Assembly: GCA_038087875.1 (NCBI GenBank)
Contig: CM075979.1
Coordinates: 21,762,001 to 21,826,000, forward strand
DNA from: Malacoraja senta
Taxonomy: Eukaryota
DNA length: 64,000 nucleotides
Direction of reading: 5' to 3'
Every line of letters begins with the position of its first letter. The stretch's first letter is position 1. The translations under genes and the position numbers were made by a program. A model generated the notes under the pieces. It was not told the DNA's origin, ran no database searches, and saw only the letters and a program-made list of their open reading frames with translations. Below are positions 55,060 to 64,000 of the stretch, piece after piece.

Positions 55060-58000
55060 TAATAGAGGGTAAGAGAGAGATATCTTTGACATCCTAGCTG
55101 TGACTGCAAGTTACTTAGAGATCAATATAATAGAATTTTCTATGCACATTATGCTAGATCTGGTCTTCACATATCCCATCTTTGTCTTCTTAGTATCAAT
55201 AAATTTAAAATATCAAAATATGTATTATAATTTACAGAATTCTGAAATGAAATAATGTGACAATTTCAATGCGTAAATAATACATGCTTATTTTATAAAT
55301 TGCAGTGGTGAATATGACATTCAAATGTGTATAGTTATGCACAACATGCAAAAGGTATGGTAAAAGGGCTATATTGTAAAAGATTAATATTTTATGGAAA
55401 TCAGGCATTTAACCCATTCTCCACATTGTCAAATTTGTAAATGAGAAATCTCCTGCTGAAAGAGCTTTAAACTTAATGTCTGGGCGTTAACTTGAATAAT
55501 ATTTTTTAAGCATAAATTCATATCAGAAAATAATTAGCACCGTATGCAAGTATTGTTTTATTCCCATATTTCCTTATGAACCCAATGAATGAATGGAAGC
55601 TCTCAATCCCATTCCTCCACTTATTTCCCTGTGACCTTTTCTTCCTGACATGTCCATCTCCTCCCTTCCCATCTACACAAGGGATAATTCTAATTTACCA
55701 ACTCACTAGCATGTCTTTGGAGTGTGGGAGGAAACAGTATGGGGGGGGGGGGGGGGGTCAGCTTACTTAGCTACAGGGGGATCCTGCAACCTCCACTACG
55801 AACGCATCAGCTGATATTCGAAGTTATAGTCAGTTGAATAAAGTCAAGAATTCAGATATTGTGAAACTTTTATTATAATGTGTAAGGATACAAAGGCAGA
55901 GAATTTTAAATGTCGAGTCACAAAGCTGATAATGTTCCCTAGCAGTTATGAAAATTACATTTCTGAACAATAAAGAACAGATAATAAAGAAAAGCTAACA
56001 ACCTGTGAAACTTTACTCATTTTTATAACTATTGTACACTGTACACTGACACTGTAACTAGAATGTAACTGCCTTTGCTAACCTCAAATTGTCAATTGCA
56101 AAACTGGCAGGTATTTAAGCTGTAATTACAGCAGTTTGTCGGTAGAGGTAAGATTTTCTGAGTTCTCAGTATGTTGGTTTGCTTAACACTTCACTTTTTT
56201 AACCTCTGTACCCTTATTTATGGCAAAGTTCATAAGAGCGGAGCTCTATGATCTTTGATTTACGGAAACACCCAAATAGGAATTTAAGCTTTGTGATATT
56301 TTAGTGAATTATAAATTGGCTATGCGAGTTCAGGGTTGACAAATGGAAGGCACTAATATAACCTCATGAAAAGAAAAAGAGAATGATTAACCTGCAGCAA
56401 TATAATTTAACTGTGGTATGGTAACATAACTAAAATTAACCTAGCTGTGTTCTGTGAAAGATATGTCATAATTCACCAATATTACATTGAATAATAAAAC
56501 GAGGGTAAATTGTTATAGTTCTGAATATGTAGCACATTCAGAACTAATTAAGATTAGAATAAAAATACAATTTTCGTGGGTAATGTCACTTGAAATGTTA
56601 GATTCGTTGTTTTCTTTTTGGAAGCAGGACTATCTGATCTTAAAAATGAAACATTTAAAAAATGATCAGGTTTTCAAGTACAAAACTAACCCTTGCCTTA
56701 AAGTTTGATATGTGAATTAGCAGGTGGAAAGCTACATTAAACAATATTGATGATGCGATTGTCCCTGTAAGAAAGACAAGATTATCTTGATGAAACTTTT
56801 TATCATCTATTCCATTTTCAATTTAAAGAGGTTTTTTTCTTTCTTGAGGTCCTGTTGAATTCTAGTTTGAAGTAGATGTTAAGATCTCAAACTAGTTTTT
56901 TTTAATCTGGGATTTTGTTTGTTTACTCTATTTAAGACTTTCTGGATGACACCTCAATGTTACTTCATGCAGAAGATGTAAAGCATAAAAATGTTGTAAA
57001 TTATTATTTACTTCAGTGTATTGTCACGGATCTTTATTTAGCACCATTAGATCATGCAATGTCAGCCACATAATTTCAGGTCATTTTAGTTTTCTTTGTA
57101 GAATTTTGGATTTCAATTTTGTCCATTTCCTTATAAAAACGTTGACAATTTGAGGTTAATTGATGCTAGTTATGTTGGCATTATTTAATTTACTACCTGT
57201 ATTAACATTTCACCTGAAAATATCCTTGTATAATTAATGAAGTGTGCACAATAATTCACTCACCTTCCTTTTGTGGAATTGCCCCCCCCACCCCGGTCCA
57301 ATATGGGAACACATGGTGCTGCTGTACATGCTCCTGATGCAGGTTAGATCAACTGGTTCAAAATGTTTGTAATCTTTGATTGCAAACCAAAAAATAATTA
57401 TTCTAACCGTAGGAAACAAGCACCATCCTGGCAACTCTAACTCATGCCATTACTCCCTTGCACTCCAACTACATGCTTTTAGTAATCATTGACTACTTGA
57501 TTCAGGAATCAATAACCAATAATGTTCTTAAAATATATGGATGCAATGTCTATATATGAGTAAATTCTGAGTAGAGCCATTGTAAATAATTTAAAGAGAA
57601 GGTTTATATGGGAATCTGAAAAGGACATTAGAATCAGTGTCATAGGAGCACAAAACAGGCACTTTGGCCCAATTCGTCCATGCCGACAAAGATGCCCCAT
57701 CTAAACTAGTCTAATTTGCCCATGTTTTGCCCACATCCCTCTAAACCTTTCCTATCTATGTACATGTCCAAGAGTATTAGAAATGCTGTTATAGTACCTG
57801 CCTCAACAACCTGCTCTGGCAGTTCATTCCAAATATCAATCTTATTGCCAAAATACATTTAAATTATTATTTTTTCCAAATTCTCACCAATAAGTAGTTG
57901 TATAAAACCACAATTCCCCTGGAATAGAGGAAAATCCTTTTAAATAAGTCTCTGCTTTAACATATATCATTATTATTCTTCCCAATCCAAAATAAAACTT

Positions 58001-59975
58001 CAAGAACATTCATTTGAAACTGATCATACTTTAAGAATGCACATATTCGCATCTGAAAAGTTCAATACATATTGTATTAAATATACAGAAGATTAATAAA
58101 TATATAATGTTTACAAAAACTTCTATTTCATCATCCCTGGGTGTTTTTTTTCATTCTTGGCCGTTATAAGAATTATGACAGTAGTAAACTAGTTTATTTT
58201 CAATCATTCAAGTATAGTTTCAACATTTACAGGTTGAATTATTGCTTCACTCCTCAATTTTTGGGATTTAATTGTTCATACTTTGTAAATGGGGCATGGT
58301 AACAAACATCAATTTAAGGATAACAAAATAAATGTACAATAAGTCCGCAATATACAATTTATCACCATAGTGCCGTAGACAAGCTTAGATACTTGCCATT
58401 AGTTGATAAAGTTATTTTTGGCTGTAACGAATAGCATGCCATCCTCTGCATTGTAATATACTGTCCTAAAATGCCATTCTGTGTTTTACCAGCCTTTCTT
58501 GAGTCATGAAATTTTTCTGAACAAAACATTTTCTACAGTTAGTCAGCATGTATACAATTTTGGGAAGAAGTGCCATTTGCCAGTTAAACAACAAAGTGAT
58601 ATGAATAAAAATGAATGGAAGGATAGATCCAGCATGTACTGCAGTAGTGTGCACATACAATATTCGATAGGAAGTCAGAACCTTTTTCCCCCCAGGGTGG
58701 AAATGTTAAAGATTTGATGGGATAGCTTTACGGTGAGAGGGACAAAGTTATTTTGTACAGAGGGTAGTGTGTGCCCGGAACGCACTGTCAGGTGTGGTGG
58801 TGGAGGCAGATAGTCATAGTATTTAAGAGGCTTTTGGACAAGCACATGGTTATGCAAATAATGGAGGGATATGGATCATGTGCAGGTGTAATTTGGCATC
58901 ATATTGAACATGGATATTGTGGGCTGAAGAGCCTGTTCTTATGCTGTACTGTTCTATGTTGATCTAATAAATTTATTAAGTTATTAACACAAGGCTATGT
59001 CAATACTTGAACAGTTTACTCAAACTTGCATTTATCTAGCACAAGCTATCCATGGGAGTTGAGTTAATCTACAGGATGAATATGAAACATAAACTTGCAA
59101 CAGCTCCACTTCAGACCAACCACCCCGAGCCATTGTTGAGCTACAGTACGCAAATGGTTTCTCAGTCTACCTATCACTTGCCAGGCTCTGTCCTGCCTCC
59201 ACCTCTTTTCTAGCTTTCTCCCCCCCCTACTAAACGTCACCTATCCATGAGATGCTCCCTGACGCACTGAGTTTTTCCAGCACTGCATTTTTTGGTAAAC
59301 CAGCATTTGCTATACCTTGTCTCTTCAGTCTCTTTATGTTCAGAGGCTTGGCTCCAAATTATGGCTGACTTGTTCACTAAAGCATGGCCTTATATTAAAC
59401 ATCTACAAAACTAAAGTCCTCTTCCAAACTGCTTCACTCTACAAAACTGCCTCCTGACAATAAAGGCCATGATAAATGGGGACAACCTCACGAGCAACAG
59501 TAGCTACCTGTCTACGAAGGCATACACTGAGCATGGCATTTACTACCACCTGCACAGGAACATAGGTCATGGTTTACCACGTGGCAAATATTCCACCCGC
59601 CACTACGCATACATAGTGGGAGGGCTGCACCCAGCAATGTCTAAATCCACTGGAAAAATAAGCGGACCAATGTCAATCAATAATCTCTCCCTGGCCAATA
59701 TCCTCAGCATTGGGGACCTAACTGCACCGTCAGCTCCAAGGGACAAACCATGAATCAGAAGCAGACATGCTACTCCAAACTTCATTAAGACAATAAATTA
59801 CAAGGGGAAAAGGAGATGATTAAAAAATGTCAACAATACTCCTGTGAATCCCTGGCTCTTTGCAACTTACAATGTCAAACGGTATTTATGAACTTCAAGT
59901 CAATTGATTGGAGCACACTGCAAATGGAAGTAGGGGCACAGCATTTCCAAAACTACTCATTTTCTTGCCCTGTCT

Positions 59976-60412
59976 CATAGAAACATAGAAAATAAGTGCA
60001 GGAGGAGGCCATTTGGCCCTATGAGCCAGTACCACCATTCATTGTGATCATAGCTGATCATCCACAATCAGTAACCCGTGCCTACCTTCTCCCCATACCC
60101 CTTGATTCCGCTAGCCTCAAGAGCTCTATCTAGCTCTCTTTTAAATTCATCCAATGAATGGGCCTCCACTGCCTTCTGTGGCAGAGAATTCCACAAATTC
60201 ACAACTCTCTGGGTGAATTTTTTTTTCTCATCTCAGTTTTAAATGGCCTTCCCTTTATTCTTAGACTGTGGCCCCTGGTTCTGGACTCCCCCAACATTGG
60301 GAACATTTTTCCTGCATCTAGCTTGTCCAGTCCTTTTTAATTTTATATGTTTCTATAAGATCACCTCTCATCCTTCTAAATTCCTGTGAATACAAGCCCA
60401 GTCTTTCCAATC
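59976..60412 (-). mobile_element. CR1 3' end
   Basis: Reverse complement of the 5760-6200 region, including the (CATAGAAA)n tail. Confidence 0.88.
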
Positions 60413-61261
60413 TCGTGCTAGGAATTCCAACGTGGCCTTCATCAGCTACAACTGACCATAGAGCTTCAGCTGGACCCAGTTATCCTCGATCCCATGGGGA
60501 AATGGCTAGCTTGGTTAAATTATTAGTGCATGATGAAGAATCCTGACATTCGCTGTTGGAATTATTGTTAAATATTCCTGTCAAAACCAATAGCCAAGAA
60601 AAGTGCTCTAACTAATTAATACTTTAATTTCAGATATATTTAAAAATGAAAGGCTGGGTGATTCTATGCAGGAGTGATTATCAAATTATATATATATATC
60701 TGGTGGTCCAGTTAGGCGTTGTGTGTATTTGCATTTTGACAAATGTGTTTTTGATCAGAACATTTGTGTGATTGTCTTGTGGTAGTATTAAAAGCAACAG
60801 AAAAATAGTGTAATGAAGCACGCACTTTGTGTATGTTCATTGCTACTAGGGCTCATGGTTTGCATATCAACAGAATTTGAGATTTAATGGCTCAGTGATG
60901 TGAATGTTCCTTTAAGCCCTCATTGGAGCCAGCATTTTGCTCAAGATGTTCTTGGTGCTTTGTGATAAGTCAGTGGCTGCAGGTTAAGTATAGGGAACTG
61001 TTAACTTCAGCACCTCTGCTGAAGGGGGAGGTGATATCGTGAATGATGGGTGATGTGTGCATCTGGTGTGAGAGGGCTCAGGCATGTGTGTGTGGAGGGA
61101 TCAAGATAGGTGTGCAAGCATTGAGGGGGAGGGGGAGGGGGAGGGGGAAGAGATGTGTGGGGTGGGAAGGCATGCGGACAGGTAGGTGTGTACTTTAGAT
61201 CTCCTTACCTCCCCCCAACCTGCCCATTATCCTGGTGAAGGCAGGCTGTCAATTCCAGTCA

Positions 61262-61520
61262 GGTATGTACTTGGGGAGGGGGTCTGTACAGATGTGTATA
61301 TGGGGGTGTCCGTAGAGAGGCGCATGGAAGGGGTCTAGACAAGTGTGTATATAGGATGGTAGTTTGTGCAGACGTGTATGGCGAATGTGTACACGGGAGG
61401 GGGCTCTGGAGATGTACACATGGGAGGGGGTCCGTAGAGGTGTGTGTAGATGGGAGGGGGTCCGGAGAGGTGTGTGTACATGGGAGGGGGTGTGTACTTG
61501 GGAAGGGGCATGTACAGAGA
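61262..61520. repeat. G-rich ~28-30-bp minisatellite immediately 3' of the KCNJ11 stop
   Basis: Repeated GTGTGTACA(T/C)GGGAGGGG(G/T)CCG(T/G)AGAGG units. Confidence 0.85.
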
Positions 61521-61565
61521 TCTTCTCTCCTCACCCTGTGGAAAAAAGGGAAGGTGGGTTGCGGA

Positions 61566-62807
61566 TCACAAACAGTCGCTCTGAAACACCGAGCTCTTTC
61601 TCCTCCTAACGCCGGGCGAGATTTCGAAGTTGACCACCTTTCCCTCTCCCTCTATCTCCACCTCCTCCTCCTCCGCCTCTTCGCCCCCCAGGCTGACCTG
61701 GGGCCGGTGCCTCGCCTCAGCCTGCTCCATCTCCAGCTGCCGGGCGCCGAGCGGCGGCGTGGGCACTTTGACAGTGTTGCCGAACTTGGAGTAGTCGACC
61801 GAGTAACGTCCGTCCTCCTCGCAGACGACGGGGACGAAGCGGTGCCCCCACAGGATCTCGGTGGAGAGGTAGGAGGTGCGCGCCTGCGTGGTGATGCCGG
61901 TGGTCTCCACCACGCCCTCGAGCACGACGACCAGCTCGAAGCGGGCGCGCGCCAGGCCGGCGGCCGTTAGGCGGTAGAGCGGGCTCGAGCCGTCGATGAC
62001 GTGCGCCACGATGATGGGCGAGACCAGGAAGATGGAGCTGCCGCTCCCCGCCGGCCCGTCCAATGAGACGTCGAGCTGCCGCAGCGGCTGCACCTCCCCC
62101 TCGGCCGTGCGCGCCCGCCCCACCAGCTGCGCGCGCACGCAGGCGCCGATGATCATGGAGGTGCGCAGGTCGCCCACACGGAACATGAGGCACAGGCGGC
62201 CGTCCCGCGGCGCCACCACCGCCGAGCGGCTGAAGATGAGTGTCTCGGCCCGCCGCCGCGCCTGCGACGTCTTCATGAAGATGCAGCCCATCATGATGGC
62301 GTTCACCACCAGCCCCACGATGTTCTGCGCCAGCAGCACGGCGATGGCGAACGGGCACTCCTCGGTGATCATCCGCCCGCCGAAGCCGATGGTCACCTGC
62401 ACCTCGATCGAGAAGAGGAAGGCCGATGTGAAGGAGTGGAGGCTGGTGATGCAGGGCACAGCAGGGGGAGACGGCCCCCCTCCACCTCCTCCTCCTCCGT
62501 CGTCCAGGTCGCCGTGAGCGAAGGCCAGCAGCCACCAGATCATGGCGAACAGCAGCCAGCTGCACAAGAAGCTCATGGTGAAGATGAGCAGCGTGTGCCG
62601 CCACTTCAGGTCGACCAGCGTGGTGAAGACGTCCTGCAGGAAGCGGCCTTCATCTCGGATGTTGGTGTGCGCCACATTGCAGGCGCCGTACTTGTCGACG
62701 AAGCGAGCCCGACGTGGCCTCTCCCGGCAGCGGGGACGCGCCACCACCTCCTCCTGCAGCCGCAGCACGTACTCCTCGGCCACCAGCTCTTTCCTGGCCG
62801 ACAGCAT
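61566..62807 (-). CDS. KCNJ11: ATP-sensitive inward rectifier K+ channel Kir6.2 (413 aa, single coding exon)
   Basis: MLS.RK...EEYVL N-terminus, [19 protein letters not shown] filter, [31 protein letters not shown]. An intronless CDS next to a B7-H6 homolog favours KCNJ11 over KCNJ8. Confidence 0.93.
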   Translation of the reverse strand: MLSARKELVAEEYVLRLQEEVVARPRCRERPRRARFVDKYGACNVAHTNIRDEGRFLQDVFTTLVDLKWRHTLLIFTMSFLCSWLLFAMIWWLLAFAHGDLDDGGGGGGGGPSPPAVPCITSLHSFTSAFLFSIEVQVTIGFGGRMITEECPFAIAVLLAQNIVGLVVNAIMMGCIFMKTSQARRRAETLIFSRSAVVAPRDGRLCLMFRVGDLRTSMIIGACVRAQLVGRARTAEGEVQPLRQLDVSLDGPAGSGSSIFLVSPIIVAHVIDGSSPLYRLTAAGLARARFELVVVLEGVVETTGITTQARTSYLSTEILWGHRFVPVVCEEDGRYSVDYSKFGNTVKVPTPPLGARQLEMEQAEARHRPQVSLGGEEAEEEEVEIEGEGKVVNFEISPGVRRRKSSVFQSDCL

Positions 62808-62864
62808 GGTGGGCCCATCGCAGGGCGAGTGCCCTCACCCGCCGGCCGGGCTCGGCTCAGCTCA

Positions 62865-62895
62865 CTGGATGGATGAGAGAGGGAGAGAAACGGGC
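62865..62895 (-). promoter_or_regulatory. Probable 3' splice acceptor 57 nt upstream of the KCNJ11 ATG
   Basis: Minus strand gtttctctccctctctcatccatccag|TGAGC implies an upstream non-coding exon, possibly outside the window. Confidence 0.5.
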
Positions 62896-62899
62896 AGAG

Positions 62900-63960
62900 A
62901 AAAACAACCAACCTTCAAACTGGGAGAGAGGAGCAGTTTGGCTTGAAAGACTGGAGGGGAGAGAGTGAGACGGAGAGGTGCAGTCCCACTGCAATAATGA
63001 CAGAGGAGCAGTCTGGTTTTAAACACTGGGAGAGAGGTACAGTCCACTTCAGTGACAGGAGTGTTCTTTCAAACAACAGTCAGAGAGAGGAGCAGTCTAT
63101 TTCAGTGACAGAGAGAGGAGCTGTGTTCTTTCAAACAGGGAGAGGAGCATGCTACTTCAGTGACAGTGGAGCAGGGTTTCAAATAGAGAGACGGAGAAAA
63201 GCAGACAACTTCAATAACAGAGAGGGGCAGTGTTTGAACAGAGAGCAGTCTACTTCAGTGACGAAGTGGGGAGCAGTGTTTAAAACAGAGGGCGACAGAA
63301 TTGTGTGCTTTCAAGCAGATGGGAGCATTCCACGTCAACGACAGGGGGAGAAGCAGGCTGGCTTCAAATAGTGGAAAGAAGAGAGGAGAACAACCAACCT
63401 TCAAAAACGGGGAGAAAGTAGAGCAGTCCACATTAATGACAGAGAGATAACCTTCAAACTGGGAGAGAAACAGAACAGCAGTCTAGAGGGAGAAAGACAC
63501 ATGCAGAGAGGAGCAGTCTGCCTCGGGGACAGAGAAAAATGGTCCGGCATTAAACCTTTGGGGGGGGGGGGGTCGTGAGAGAAGGAGAAAGGAGCAGTCG
63601 ATGCAAACACTGGTTGAGAGAGATAGGAATAGTCCATTTCAATGACAGAGTGAAAAACAGAGACAGAGAGGAGCAATCAAGCGTCAAAGAGTGGGAGAGA
63701 GTAGCAGTAGTCCTGCTTCTAACACTGGTAGAGAGAGGAGCATTCCACTTAAATGACAGAGAGAGAGGGGGACAGGAGCAACCAACCTTCAAACATGGGG
63801 AGGGAGACGAGAGAGAGAGAGAGAGGTATTCAACCTTCAAGCACTGGAGGGAGGGGTGGGGCAGTGCACTTCAATCACAGAGACAAAGAGGAGAACCAAC
63901 CTGCAAACACTGGCAGAAGAGAGCAAGCAGCCTGTCTTCAAGTACTGGGAGATCGACACA
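62900..63960. repeat. Degenerate purine-rich tandem repeat upstream of KCNJ11
   Basis: Recurring GAGAGAGGAGCAGT(C)...TTCA(G/A)TGACA and CAACCAACCTTCAAAC units. Confidence 0.75.
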
Positions 63961-64000
63961 TAGAGACATAGATTACAGAGCTTCAAATCCTAGCCCTGGT

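Noticed and set aside
54681-55092. Several 70-110-aa Ala/Arg/Pro-rich ORFs
   Set aside because: Produced by the GC-rich tandem repeat within a MITE.
61717-62604. 295-aa same-strand alternative-frame ORF and long antisense ORFs over KCNJ11
   Set aside because: Expected from extreme GC3 bias (few stops in other frames); low-complexity A/R/G/P content.

Overview
Vertebrate genomic DNA, most likely from a cartilaginous fish such as a skate or ray. The taxon is inferred from the repeat content: HE1-like tRNA SINEs, CR1/HER1-type LINEs and Penelope-like elements. Three protein-coding genes are recognisable. (1) RPL27A on the minus strand has 5 exons (ATG 20473 to stop 12369), a 5'TOP/CpG-island promoter and an intronic SNORA3 H/ACA snoRNA. 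Its exon 2 carries a 7-bp tandem duplication that frameshifts the gene. (2) A 10-exon, 962-aa B7-H6/NCR3LG1-like gene lies on the plus strand (26210-45927). Its architecture is signal peptide-IgV-IgC1-TM followed by six further IgC1-type domains downstream of the only transmembrane segment, so they are predicted to be cytoplasmic. This is the most unusual feature of the window. (3) An intronless KCNJ11 (Kir6.2) CDS lies on the minus strand (61566-62807), tail-to-tail with the B7-H6-like gene as in human. All four histidines implicated in pH gating of mammalian Kir6.2 are replaced. The rest is dense TE debris: CR1, Rex1/Babar-like, Penelope elements with hammerhead-like cores, Tc1, Harbinger MITEs, a hAT-like element, a Helitron and an inverted pair of Kolobok-like elements. 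All calls come from reading the sequence by eye; no database search was run.
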